From Octopus vulgaris (taxonomy: Eukaryota), in the NCBI GenBank assembly GCA_951406725.2, contig OX597816.1, positions 61,628,001 to 61,692,000 on the forward strand: a stretch of 64,000 bases of DNA. The letters are read 5' to 3'. Below, in pieces: positions 27,254-43,948 of this stretch. The position numbers and the translations under genes were made by a program. Position 1 is the first letter of the stretch, and each line of letters opens with the position of its first letter. The notes under the pieces were generated by a model. That model was not told the origin of the DNA. It made no database searches and saw nothing but the letters and a program-made list of their open reading frames with translations.

Positions 27254-27753
27254 GCGCGTACACGCGTACACAAAACAGATTGGGAGAGAATGGAAGAATC
27301 GACCTTAGTACTGCACTAGTACTTTATTTCGCGATGCCGAAAGGATGAAGGGTAAGGTGACTACCGCAGGATTTGAACACAGAGCAAACAAGTCTGGAAC
27401 AGATTCAAGAAAGCATTCTGTCCAACACTATGACACCCCTTACCAAATCGCCTTCTATAAAGACACATACAAATGGAAAAGACAAGTATTTGAGTGGAAT
27501 CTGGAAAAGAACTCGTTCAGAAACTATTACTAATGCCAATGAGAAGAGCATCTTCGAAGTTGCTCGACTTACTCGAAATAGCAGCCAAATCTTCGTCAAA
27601 TCATAATAGACTTTAAAAAATAAAAAAGAATATAAATGGCATTTTGGATAATGTAGTTCTAAGTACACTCTGAAATAAAAGAGGGAATGGCCATGATTAA
27701 AAAACACCTTTTATTGTAGTTCTAATCTATATCAAGACTGACCGGGAGCTAAA

Positions 27754-27993
<240 letters not shown>

Positions 27994-28246
27994 ACATCAA
28001 GGGCGTCGTCAATAACAAGATGAAGAATTCTAAGAATTCAATTAGCAACAACCACGCCCCGGATATAGCACATTGACTGTGGAATTGCCAGAAGACATTT
28101 CAGATTCCTTAAAATTACATATTCTAGTTGCTGTAACTGCTGGTTTGAAATACGTAGTAGACTTCACATGAGAACCACCAGTGTCAAACACACTGTACGA
28201 ATCATTGGGTAATTTATTGATAAGATTTGGATTGACCAAGTAGAAT

Positions 28247-28685
28247 TTTTTTTTGTACTCTAGGCACAAGGCCCGAAATTTTGTGAGATGGGGGTGGGGG
28301 CCAGTCGATTAGATCGACCCCAATATGCAACTGGTACTTAATTTATCGACCCCGAAAGGATGAAAGGCAAAGTCGACCTCAGCGAAATTTGAACTCAGAA
28401 CGTAGAGACAGACGAAATACCGCTAAGCATTTCGCCCGGCGTGCTAACGATTCTTATTTATTTATTGCCCACAAGGGGCTAAACATAGAGGGGACAAACA
28501 AGGACAAACAAAGGGATTAAGTCAATTACATTGACCCCAGTGCGTAACTACTTAATTTATCGACCCCGAAAAGATGAAAGGCAAAGTCGACCTCGGCGGA
28601 ATTTGAACTCAGAATGTAACGGCAGACAAAACACCGCTAAGCATTTCGCCCGGCGTGCTAACGATTCAGCCAGCTCACTGCCTTG
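28247..28685 (-). mobile_element. Dimeric SINE family A with TSD
   Basis: Two head-to-tail units; AAGTAGAAT at 28238-28246 and 28686-28694; T-run (poly-A tail) at the left end. Confidence 0.85.
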
Positions 28686-28887
28686 AAGTAGAATATATTA
28701 CGTCGTCAGGTATAAAATTTGTAGTAAGGTATATGATAAACTTTGACAGCTGCTCATTTTGCGCCATTATTATATTTTGACACTCTATATTTCTTGTTAG
28801 AAAGCTGACTCATCTATTTCTTTATTCTAATTCGTTTTGTTTATTTATGAAGTATTTTAAATCGTTTTTTGCTATTTTTGTTTAGAG

Positions 28888-29360
28888 ATGGATAAATCGG
28901 AAATTCGTACAGTTTTGAAATATGAGTTCTTTCTTGGAAATACAGCACCATAGATAGCTCGGGATATTAATGGAATGTTTCATTCTAGTGTTATTACCCA
29001 GCAGACAGTATCAAATTGGTTTGAAAAATTTCGTTCAGGTAACTTTGACTTTACAAATGAGCAACGCTGTCGACCAGAAACAAAGTTGGATTATGACGAA
29101 CTGAAAGCCACCGTCGAGTCAGATCCATCTCAAATGACTCACCTAGTTCAAATCGGTAAAGTGAGAAAGTTGGATAAGTGGGTTTCACATGAAGTCAATG
29201 AAAATCAGAAATAGCAACGTTTGGAAGCCTGCATTATGTTACTTTCTCGTCACAAAAAAAAAAGAATAATTTTTAAATCGAATTGTAACATGTGATAAGA
29301 AATGGAACAAATACAACAATCGTAAACGTTCAGCACAATGGTTGGACAAATATGAGCCAC
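28888..29360 (+). pseudogene. Mariner (Hsmar1/cecropia-like) transposase relic
   Basis: MDKSEIRTVLKYEFFLGNTA*..TVSNWFEKFRSGNFD..RPETKLDYDELKATVESDP; KLDKWVSHE; RIVTCDKKW..YNNRKRSAQWLDK. Confidence 0.85.
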
Positions 29361-29589
29361 CATGTTTCATCCTGCAGTGTGTCCAACAATCACCCTCCTC
29401 ACTAAGCAGGCTTGGTGAGGTTGCCAGTTTACTTGCCGACGACCCGACCATGCAACAGGTTGTACTGGGTTACACGTTAGCAGTAGCGCCCAAGAGCAAC
29501 CTGACATACATACATACAAATATACATACATACATATATACATACATACATACATACATATATACATATATACATTCATACACACATAC

Positions 29590-29835
29590 ATTTTATCTTT
29601 TACTTGCAGCCATGCTGGGGCTTTGCCTTGAAGAATTTTTAGTCGAATGTTTCGACCCCAGTACTTATTGTTTTTTTAATGAGCCTGGAACTTATTCTAT
29701 CAGTCTCTTTTGTCGAATCGCTAAGTTACGAGGACGTAAACATACCAGCACCGGCTGTCTAGCGGTCGTCGTGGGGGACAAACACAAATATAAAGTCACA
29801 CACATAGATGCATACACGCACACAAATACACACGT

Positions 29836-29890
<55 letters not shown>

Positions 29891-30045
29891 GACGTTTCTG
29901 TTTCAGTTTCCATCTACCAAATCCGCTCACAAGGTTCTGGTCATCCTGAAGCTATAATAGAAGACACCCAACATGTTATAAGTGGGACTGAACCCGGGAA
30001 TAGGTGGTTGGGAAGCAAGCTTCTTACCACACAGCCATGCCTGTG
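29590..30045 (-). mobile_element. SINE family B with internal (CA)n
   Basis: Head ..GGCTGTGTGGTAAGAAGCTTGCTTCCCAACC..GGTTCAGTCCCAC; tail ..CCCAGCATGGCTGC. Confidence 0.8.
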
Positions 30046-30435
30046 TGGTAAATGACACTTGCCTATTTCATACATACATACATACATACATACATACATA
30101 CATACATACATACATACATACATACATACATACATACATACATACATACATCACTTTGATGGCATGCCCTGCTCTCTTATCCAAGAGAAAGAGGATAACT
30201 ACGAAACATTCAGTTTATATACTCAGAACATAAATTCACATTTATATCTATAATAATCGGGGCACCTGGTTTTGTGGGTGAATAATCCAGATGAGAATAT
30301 AGAAAATTTAGGATTTTCAGTAAAAGAAATTAGCTAATTTACACGCATATTATAAATGCAATCTGTAAGCGGAACAGTAAACATATGCAAGACTTTTCTC
30401 AAGTTCAAAAGGTGAGTTTTTGTTATACTGTTTGC

Positions 30436-30838
30436 TCCTTTTACTCTTTTAATTGTTTCAGTCATTTGACTCTGGCCATGCTGGAGCACCGCCTTTAGTC
30501 GAGCAAATAGACCCCAGGACTTATTCTTTGTAAGCTAGTACTTATTATATCGTTCTCTTTTGCCGAACCGCTAGGTTACGGCGACGTAAACACAGCAGCA
30601 TCGGTTGTCAAGCGGGGGGGGGGGGGCACAGACATACAAACATACACACACACATATATGTATACATATATACGACGGGCTTCTTTCAGTTTCCGTCTCC
30701 CAAATCCATTCATAAGGCTTTGGTAGGTTCGAGGCTATAGTAGAAAGCATTTGCCCAAGGTGCCATGCAGTGGGACTGAACCTGGAACCATGTGGTTGGT
30801 AAGCAAGCTACTTACCACACATCCACTCCTACGCCTAT
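30436..30838 (-). mobile_element. Full-length SINE family B
   Basis: tRNA-like head, CORE-like middle, internal microsatellite, tail GGCGGTGCTCCAGCATGGCC..CAAATGACTGAAAC..(AAAAGAG)n. Confidence 0.9.
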
Positions 30839-31772
30839 ATTTTAACAATAGAATTTTGTATCTGTATTAGAAACAAACTCCTTCCTTTATGGAAGACGTA
30901 AGAAAATTAAAAAAAGGAAAAGAACTTTCGCACACATTCACATTCATACACTTTATCACACACATATATACATTGATAGAATACAAGATAGACATTTCTA
31001 AATTACACAGGGTACATCATAATTAGTCACGGCATATTCTTTTTTGCTGTTTGCAACGAACTCGACCATTGTTCATATGAATAATGGATTAATTGAATTA
31101 ATTAAATTTTGATACACGATATAACAGAAATATACGTGAGTCTGCCGCGCAGCAACTGAAGTTCCGTTTCAAGAACTTTGACTCTCATCAGGTGGCGCGT
31201 AAAAAGTTAGAAGCCTGTGTGGTCAGTGGCATAAGGATGCCAGCAACGTGTGCTTGGATATGAAACTATCCAGAACGGTCCCGATTTTATATTCAATCAG
31301 ATACAAACAGCTTTGGAAAAAAAAGCTACCTAGGAGTCTGTCACATGGAATTTACTATCTTGGGGCATACACACTCATTAAAAAGACATATGCGTACTTC
31401 ATAAGGTCCATCAAGTTTAGTTTTAGTGAGATCTTTTTCGCCGATGTGCTGAACAAATCCTAATATGAATTAGGAATTATTTGAGAGTATGGTGCTGAGT
31501 CTATGCAGTAAAAGAATAAACAAGTCAGTCAACTTCTGATATATAATATAATATAAAGAAAAAAAATAAGATCTTACTTCGTAGGAAGTCTTTCACTACA
31601 TAATGTTATCATTCAAGAACTGTATCCCTCATTAAGTGATAGAGAAAAGATAGGATACATCTGAGCCTTGCTATACATAGAAATGGAATTAGATCTAAAA
31701 CTGCCCAGCAAGAACGAAACTAAAAAACAATTAGTATTTGTATCAAATCAAACTGGATGAAATGGTGTAAAG

Positions 31773-32045
31773 CAGTGCTACTCAAAGTGGTGGTGGTCCG
31801 CGGACCGGTGCCGGTCCGCGGCGAGTTTCCAGAAAAGAAAGAAACATTATAAAATGCTTATGTAATATTTCATTATTTGTTTACAAAATAAATATAAGAT
31901 AAAACAAAAATTTGTCAACTTTTATTATATTCATTATATATATTGTTTCCGGTATAAATTAATATTAAAAGAAATATTATCCGTCTCTGGCACATTAGAA
32001 AAAAAAACTGTCGGTACGCCACATCAGATAGTTTGAGAAGCATTG
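31773..32045. mobile_element. hAT-Charlie-like MITE
   Basis: TIRs CAGTGCTACTCAAA / TTTGAGAAGCATTG; 8-bp TSD GTGTAAAG at 31765-31772 and 32046-32053. Confidence 0.9.
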
Positions 32046-32997
32046 GTGTAAAGAACACAGTATTCCTCTGTGACTGGTAAAATTTAATCACTTTTAGTGT
32101 TCTGACTGAACTTTTATAATTTCACCCTTGAGAAAAGAAATAAGTATTATAATTCACATTTATTGCTATCCTTATCGAAGAAACCATGCTTAATTTATAT
32201 ATAATTTCAGTTTATCTCATTTCAGTTTAGAGTTTTTGAACTCTATAACATCTGTTTAGAGACACACTTTACTTTTTCATTCCTTATAACACCGCAGGGC
32301 ATGGTTATAACTCAACTTGTTTACAGTTGCACTTTATTATTTAATTATGTTTCATCTACCAATGCCTTGATAATCATTACAACGTTATTTTTAATCACTC
32401 TCAGAACAAAACTCATTGAGATATTACCTCTGGTTTTGAGAGATTTGTTTACAATTTGTCTTGGCCTTACTTTCAAATTTAATCATTCCAGTGCTATCTT
32501 TATCTTAAATGCATTTATAAATTTAATTGCATTTAGTCCTTACCACTCACCTTCTATGCTTAACCCTCATTCTTTCACATATCTTGAAACAAGCTGTCTA
32601 ATTCTCCGTTAAAGATAAATCTTGTAGATAGTAAAACCCTTTACGTACAGCTTTTTATGGACTGGTTCATAAGTATACAAGTTATACTTTTTATGAATAT
32701 CTAAAAGGGAATTATTTCCGATCATCATTTGAAATTAGTCTGTAAATTAAACAGGCAAACACGTTGTCTTGTACTTCTTGTATAACATGTATAACATGTA
32801 AGTTTTTCAACTTGCATTTAACCGTTACTTAAAAATCCGAGAGAAAGAGAGAAAGTGAGGGAGAAAAAGAGAGAGAGAGAGAGAAAAGAGAGAGAGAGGG
32901 AGGGAGAGAAAGAGGGAGAGAGAGAAAGAGGGAGAGAGAGAAAGAGGGAGAGAAAGAGGGAGAGAGAGAAAACGTGGTTACTTTTGTAAGTTGATAA

Positions 32998-33385
32998 TCT
33001 TATGTAAAGCTGAAGTTGTCTGTGTATGGCAGGTTTGGTAGCCTTCAACTAACACTATCTCCTCCGAGACCCTGCGGCGCAAGTTGACCAAAATTGAGAG
33101 TATGATAGAAGAAGGCTTTCTCTTCATTCCGCAGAAGATAAAATTCAAATCGGACCATGTTAAGACCAAAAATGATTTACATCAAAAAGGTGCTTTTTTT
33201 CCTATGAAAATCCCTATTTTTTACGATTTTTTGACAGCTGTGTCGCCATTTTTCGGTGTATTTCAACCAGAAAAATGTTCACTTAAAGAGAATAACAAGC
33301 TACATAATGCAAAATTTTTACTTTTCAAAAATTCTAATTCTAAAGGGTCGAAACAAACTCGAGCAACGCCGGGTGATACTGCTAG
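32998..33385 (+). mobile_element. Non-autonomous Helitron
   Basis: 5' A|TC..TAAAGCTGAAGTTGTCTG; 3' subterminal hairpin-like CTCGAGCAACGCCGGG followed by CTAG|T; no TSD. Confidence 0.65.
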
Positions 33386-33396
33386 TCTTTAATTAA

Positions 33397-34440
33397 TATC
33401 AAGGCCCGTCCAAAAAGAAACCGTATTTTATAAAATTAAATTTATTCTTTACATGCAATTTAATCAAACATATCTCTTTAAAATAGTTCTCTCCATCTAT
33501 CCACTGTTGATACATTGCCCCCCACCCAGCCCAGCGTTTTCTCCAGTTTTGGAATTCCTTCTTGAATACATTTTTAGGCCTAGTGAGAAGTGGTTGCAGC
33601 AAGTTGTCTTTGATCTTTTCTACCACCTAAAACCGGGTAAGTTTCAAAGTGCGTTTCAACTTCGGAAAAAAAAAAGTCAAAAGCAGACAGATTCAAAGAG
33701 CAGGGAAGCTGGTAGACGAGAGTAGTCTTGTTGTTTGCCCAAGCGTCACAGACAAAGTATAATGCGTGAGCAGGTGGGTTGCGCAATAATGCAGAATTCA
33801 AGTTTTGTTTGTCCATGCCTCTGTCATGTAAAATTCTTTACTGATCATCTGACTATGCAAACTCATGATGAACAGTGCCCTTCCAATCAAAAATAAAAGG
33901 CAATCAACACCCACTCCACATTTGAGCGATTCAGACGTATTGTTTGTGGACGCGGCAATGAGGAGCGAACTTATTATCTTACTGCGAAGGGTAGTTTTGT
34001 TACGACATTTTTTATTCCATTTTCAGAAAGTATTCTTCAGTTTTTGAGCTATGAATCATGTCCAGGCTCACTGTGGCTCAATTGGCATTTTGCTCATGTG
34101 TTAGCACACGTGACACATATGTTGCAATAACACGAGACATATTCAGTTTTTCTTTTAAACCTAGGTGGCTCAAACTTTATGGAGTCGTCTCGGGAAACTT
34201 CTCGCATAGTTAAGCGATGATTTTTAAGGATAGTAGTACGCACGTCCGCAACTTGATCGAGTGTCGAAGAAAGCGGTCCAGTATTAAGACCCTCTTGGAT
34301 CGATGTTCCTAGTAATGAAAGAAAATGGGATAGCTTTGATTGCATATGAAATCTAAGGAAAATTGATGAATAATAGCACATTAAGATGGCCAAGAATTTG
34401 GGGATGAAATGGACCAGGTGTCAGGGTGTGATTAAAAGTT
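33397..34440 (-). pseudogene. Decayed mariner transposon
   Basis: TIR-like TATCAAGGCCCGTCCAAAAAGAAACCG; C-terminal 'FKKEFQNWRKRW...IDGENYF'; N-terminal 'QVADVRTTILKNHRLTMREVS'; right boundary approximate. Confidence 0.7.
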
Positions 34441-34951
34441 TCAGTAGTGAATGGAATTAGTAGTATATGACCACGAAAATGTAGTGTCGAGGTGCTTTGT
34501 ACTAAATAATACTAATAATAATGATTATATATATATACATTTATATAGGCAGGTGTGCGTGTGCGTATGAATGTGTCATAATCATTATTATTAGTATTAT
34601 ATATATATATATATATTAGAAGGTTTGGAGATGATGCACAGGTATTATATATTAGAAGAAATGAGCTACTCAGAAATCCGGATGGTTTTATATTTACAGA
34701 TATTTATTAGTATGTTACATGTTTTTATAAATCATATATCATATATCATATATAAGCGCTTTCGTCCATTCTAGTGGAGTCTCTTCATTTACCCCCTTTT
34801 TATTCTCTCCACTCTTTCCCTCTCCTTCTAATTCTCTTCTTTTTCTCTCCTCTGAATACATATATAGTCATCAAACTTAATAGCCAACTTACTGCTCTAA
34901 CCACATGCATATTGAAGTATTTCCATCAATTTCGACATATTTTAAAAATTC

Positions 34952-35026
34952 TTTAACTGAAGAAGGTTTACGTAATGGATGCATTTCCTGTTACGTATTA
35001 CGCAAACCTGAAACGTACGTATTAAA
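34952..35026 (+). ncRNA. Type I hammerhead ribozyme motif (canonical core)
   Basis: TTTAA-CTGAAGA-AGGTTTACGTAAT...ATTACGCAAACCT-GAAAC-GTAC-GTA-TTAAA; all three stems pair. Confidence 0.8.
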
Positions 35027-35261
35027 TGGCTTCAAAATATGTCTATTCGGTTAGATTTTATTATGGCAACTACATACATATTTACATAAAAATAGAAAAT
35101 GTTTCCTTCTCAAGCCATGCCAGGCACATAAGGGCCGGTTTCCCGGTTTCAGTGGGATATATATTCGCCACCTGGACGGGACGCCGGTCCGTTGCAGGAT
35201 TACTCATTTTTGCCAGCTGAGTGGACTGGAACAACGTGAAATGAAGTGGTTTTCTCAAGAA

Positions 35262-38357
<3,096 letters not shown>

Positions 38358-38811
38358 TCATTGTAATATGTGACGTGAAAAACACAGACTGTGATAGAGA
38401 AATCAACAGAGGGAGAAGAATTAAACATATAGAAAATATAGACATGTACTATATCCACACACATATACACCCCGAGACACACACACACACGCAACTCATC
38501 TCCCCACACACACGCAACTCATCTCCCCACACACATACAAAAATACAAACCATCAATGTGCATGTCTGTCGGTCAACCATTTTGAAGAAAATTTTAATCA
38601 TAGGCGGAAAGACAATATCGATGACGGATAGGAAACAGCTATCTTCAGAACTAGACATCTGACTTGAATGCTTGCAACTAGATAGATTTTGCTAAAGATA
38701 AGCAAAGCTAGAGTGGAACAAATTGTTGCGAAATATAACCCGAGTCACATTCTAGCTATCATACAAAGTAAGAAGAATACGCTAGATACCGTAGTCGTAG
38801 AAGATTTCAGA

Positions 38812-38881
<70 letters not shown>

Positions 38882-38901
38882 GTAATAATAATAATAATAA
38901 T

Positions 38902-39444
38902 ATATACTTAGGAATCCATGAACTAGATAAGACACAACACACACAAATGAAAGAGAAAATAAAAAAAAGAATATTATAGACGAGTTAGATCAATACTAAA
39001 AACAGAGCTCAATGCTAAAAACAAGGTAATAGGTATTAACACTTTAGCTGTCCCAGTTATAAGTTACAGCTACAATATCCTTAACTGGACACTAAATGAA
39101 CTGACCAAAATAGATAGGAAAACAAGAAAAATACTGACAGGATCTAGGATGCATCACCCAAAATCTGACATAGAAAGACTATATATACAACGTATAGAAG
39201 GTGGTAGAGGCCTTATACAGCTGGAAAACTACTATAAAATAACCACCATAGGACTGCAAAAATATCTACTTCAGAAGGAACGAAAACTGATACAAATAGC
39301 GGCAAAACACGAGCAAAACAAAAAAACTGTTCTCAGTATTTAAGGAAGCTGACAAATACAAACAAGAAATCATACCACCTAATAAATATGAAGAAGAAGA
39401 AAGAAGAAGAAGAAGAAGAAGAAGAAGAAGAAGAAGAAGAAGAA

Positions 39445-39491
<47 letters not shown>

Positions 39492-40463
39492 AGAAGAAGA
39501 AGAAGAAGAAGAAGAAGAAGAAGAAGAAGAAGAAACAACAAAAGCTATAAAACATATGAAATCCAAACTAAAAATAGAACAGCAACGAACCATGATAAAA
39601 CAATGGCAAGAAAAGCCCCTGCATGGTAAATACTGGACTAAACTAAACGCAAAAGAAATAGACAAAGAAAAATCCCAGCAATGGTTGAGAAGCTCAGGAC
39701 TCAAAGCAGAGACAGAGGGATTTTTAATTGCAGCACAAGACCAAAGCCTCCCCACCAGAAAGTACCAAAAACATGTAATGAAAAGAAATATAACAAGTAA
39801 CTGCAGAATATGTGGAGATGGACAAGAAACAATAAATCATATTATCTCTGGCTGCCTAGTCCTGGCTAAGAAGGAATATATTCACAGACATGACAGAGTT
39901 GGAACCTACATACATTTGAAGCTATGCCAACATTATGGAATAACAACAGAAAAAAGATGGTATAGGCACACACCAGAAAAGGTCACAGAAAACGAGAAAG
40001 CAACCATACTCTGGGATATGCCGATACACACAGATAGAGAAATTAAGGCCAACAGACCAGATATAGTTGTCAGAGATCATGAAGAAAAAAATGCTTTCTA
40101 ATTGATGTATCAATACCGCAGATGACAACGTGTCTCTAAAAGAAATGGAGAAACTCTCAAAATACAAAGACCTGGAAATAGAGGTAACTAGAATGTGGAG
40201 TCTAAAAACAGAAACAATACCTATCATAGTAGGTGCATTAGGCATGATAAAAAAATATTCAGACAAATACATAACAAAGACACCAGGACTTACAAACACA
40301 TATAACATACCGAAAATTGTACTACTAGGCACTGCACACATCCTACGCAGAACACTTTCCATACAATAACCATCAGAGCATCACAACAAATCACAGCACA
40401 TACCTAAGGCACACAGAGCTGCGCTCGGTAGTGAAGTGAAAGCACGCTATAAAAATAAAACTA

Positions 40464-40466
<3 letters not shown>
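38902..40466 (+). mobile_element. R4/Dong-clade non-LTR retrotransposon (RT C-terminus, CCHC, restriction-like endonuclease), 5'-truncated, inserted in (TAA)n
   Basis: YLGIHE..; MHHPKSDIERLYIQRIEGGRGL; LKAETEGFLIAAQDQSL; CRICGDGQETINHIISGC; RHDRVG; LWD..RPDIVV; KLSKYKDL; (AAT)n on both sides; frameshifts fall in A-runs. Confidence 0.9.
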
Positions 40467-40540
<74 letters not shown>

Positions 40541-40560
40541 TAATAATAATAATAATAATA

Positions 40561-41262
40561 GACCACCTAATCTCAGGGTGTAGAGTCTTAGCACCTGCAG
40601 AATATAAAGCAAGACATGACAGAGTCGGCCAGTATTTACATTGGACAATATGTCGGCATTATAAAATCAAAACCGTTAACAAATGGTATAAACACCATCT
40701 TGAAGCTGTGACTGAGGGAGAAAATGTGTCGATTCTATGGGACTTCCCCATATAGACCAACAAAACTATAAAAGCTAATAAACCGGATATTATTATAAAA
40801 GATCAGAGAAAAAAGATGTGTTTATTAATTGACATGAGTATTCCTTGCGATCACAATATAGCGGCGAATGAATTTGACAAGATTAGTAAATATAAAGACA
40901 TGCTAATAGAAATTGAAAAAATGTGGCATCTGAAGGCGACTACAGTACATGTGATTGTAGGATCTCTAGGAATGATAAATAAGGTACTGAAACCTATTTG
41001 AAAATGATTCCAGGCTTACTATCCCTACAGGAAGTGCAAAAAATCGTATTAACTGGAACGGCTCATGTACTGAGAAGAGCACTATCGCTGTGAAAACAAC
41101 ATCCATCTATGAATTTATATATTTATTAATTTTTAAATACATATTTTATCAGTGAATTTGCGTGTGTAATCTGGGAATGCATACAATGAGCTTCTCTGCC
41201 CTAGGTGTATGGAAAACACTCGGCGAGAAACGGAAGAAAATTTGAAGAAAGAAGGAAAAAAC
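40561..41262 (+). mobile_element. Second, divergent R4/Dong-type element (RLE domain + 3' UTR)
   Basis: DHLISGC..YKARHDRVG..ILWDFPI*..KANKPDIII; LLIDMSIP..KISKYKD; followed by (TAA)n at 41263-41290. Confidence 0.85.
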
Positions 41263-41339
41263 ATAATAATAATAATTATGATAATAATAAATAACAGGAT
41301 TTAAAATCAACAGAAAACAGAACTAGAAGTTAATAAATT

Positions 41340-41370
<31 letters not shown>

Positions 41371-41375
<5 letters not shown>

Positions 41376-41680
41376 CTTTTACTCTTTTACTTGTTTCAGT
41401 CATTTGTCTGTGGTCATGCTGGAGCACCGCCTTTAGTCGAGCAAATCGACTCCAGGAGTTATTCTTTGTAAACCTAGTACTTATTCTATCGGTCTCTTAT
41501 GCCGAACCGCTAAGTTACGGGGACGTAAACACACCAGCATCGGTTGTCAAGCGATGTTGGGGACAAACACAGACACACAAACATACACCCCCCACCCCCA
41601 CACGCACATATATACTCACAAGGCTTTGGTCGGCCCGAGGCTATAGTAGAAGATACTTGCCCAAGGTACCACGCAGTGGG
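41371..41680 (-). mobile_element. SINE family B (5'-truncated, internally deleted)
   Basis: Tail and body match 30436-30838. Confidence 0.85.
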
Positions 41681-41920
41681 AATGCAAATATATATAAATT
41701 ACTATTTTGATTATCTGTTGGTTTGTTGTTTTGTTATTGTTGTTGTTAGGCCAGGTTAGAACGGAACTAGAATCAGGATTACTCCAACCATAATCAACTA
41801 TACGTTTCTTCAGGTAAACTATTATCCAGACAATGTCCAGTATTTCCTTTTAGTAGTGAACAATTTTAGGAAGATGTCATTGCTGTTTCTAGCAGGTAAA
41901 TCAATCATGTAGAAGATATT

Positions 41921-42135
41921 GGTTAAACATTTTTGGTATAAAGCCAGCTGTTCCAGGGGAGGAGTAAGTCGAATACATCGATCCTAGTGCTGCACTGGTA
42001 CTGATTTTATCTAACTCGAAAAGATTAAAGGCAAAGTTGACTTCAGTGGATTTTGAGCTCAGAACGTAAAGACGGACGAAATGTCGCTAAGCATTTTGCT
42101 CGGCGTGCTAATGATTCTGTTAGCTCATCGCCTTA
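41921..42135 (-). mobile_element. SINE family A
   Basis: Core and head motifs as in the other copies. Confidence 0.75.
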
Positions 42136-43873
42136 TCCATGTATAGAAGATAGCGTTTTTTAGCTCTAGATCATTTTTAACGAAGCTAACTCATAATCAG
42201 AAGAGTTCCAACTCTAACGTTTCTGCCCACCTCTTTTTAAGGGATATCTAGGACTATATTATTAAAAGTGTCCTTTAAGAGAGTAATATTTTGGGAGGGA
42301 TTTAGCTGCAATTTCTAACATTCCAAGAAATCAGAAACCGCATAGTGGCTTCCTCATAGACTTCGATTCGCATAGTGACAAGGCACCAACATACCGCCTA
42401 AATCGAGGGATAACTACATTTAATTCTGAAAAGGAGTGATTTGTACAAATGTTGGCGTATCCAAATTTCTTGCGGTACTTTATTACGGGTCTTTGCATTT
42501 TGAGTTCATAACGTGTTAACTGAAGATTATTTTTATTCCAGCTGTAAAGATATGGCCTTTTTTTTTTAGCAATTTCTAAAACTGCATTATCTAATATGAC
42601 GTTGTCTATTTAAGAGAGTAGAGAGTGATTTGAGGGAAATTTGGTTGCTATTTCTAGCACTTTGAACAATAACGTAGAAGATTTCCCGTTGCTTCGCGAT
42701 AGGAATATTGGTAGTTGTAGATGTCTAGGCCCTGGCCAGCCCTGAGGCATCAATCTCTGATCAAATTTAATCTATTTATGATTGTCCTGTCATATTAGGT
42801 GGTATGTTGGAACAGAATACGTGGTACCATGAGTCATTTCTTTATTTAAGTAGATAAGTGAGTTGAGGCAGATTTGACTGTTATTTCTAATTAAACGAAG
42901 GACAGGAACCCGTAGTTTCAAGAGGAAAAGAGTTGTCATTTTTGCAATATGTTGTACTTTCCAGGAACCATTTATATATAGGAATATATTTCTACAATAA
43001 ATATATTGGCCTTTCTAGGAATTCAATATTTCCCCTTAGACTATGGATACTGCACCTAGATAGTTCCTTCCCAGGCAAAGTTGGAAAAGTTTCTTTATTT
43101 TTTTCCTTTTTGGAACGCTTGTTGTCTTCCATTTCCAAGCTAGGAGCTGATACATCTTTGTCCCGAGTGTTGTCTCCAGAGGTGACCATTACGACTGAAA
43201 GAGCTAAGACACTTATTGCAAGTGTGTTCCGTCCAACACTCTTACGGTTCAACCAATCCATCCAATCAACTAATCCGGGCTGCACTTTTTTTTTTGCCCT
43301 CTTCTGAAAAAATGGCAAGCAAAAATGACCTCAATAGGATTTGAACTCAACTCAGAATGTAGAGAGCTGGAACAAATATCCCAAGGCGTGCTTTCCAGTT
43401 GCCCTAGCACCACTACTAATTCGTTACCATATTGGATCTTATTTACAATTAAAAAGAACTGCTTCTTTGCTTTTAGTAAATTGCAGAAGAAAACTATCGA
43501 AAATCGCTTAATATCAAAGACATCTAAATCTATTGCAATTACTTTTAATTTATGTAGTTTTTATGAATAAACAATATGATTTTATTACGCCTTGACGCAT
43601 TATAGTAACGTGCAGATATAATTTAGTTGTCATCGTTTATCATTCATATTTACTTATAAATTACATTAAAATTATGTTGAATCTCTGTTTTCTTCTCCGG
43701 CTCTACTTTTCTCACTGCCACTGTACTTCTTTCTCCCTAAACGTCTGTCTTTCAGTCTCTGTCTCTTTTCTTTTTCTTTCTCTGTCTGCATGTCTATACG
43801 TATATTCCTTTCCGTTTTTCTTTCTTTCTTTCTCTCTCTCTTTCTTCTTTCTTTCGTTCTTTCTTTCCTTCGT

Positions 43874-43948
<75 letters not shown>

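Noticed and set aside
42992-43318. 108-aa minus-strand ORF
   Set aside because: No recognisable motif; possibly a LINE 5' fragment, but this cannot be supported from the sequence alone.
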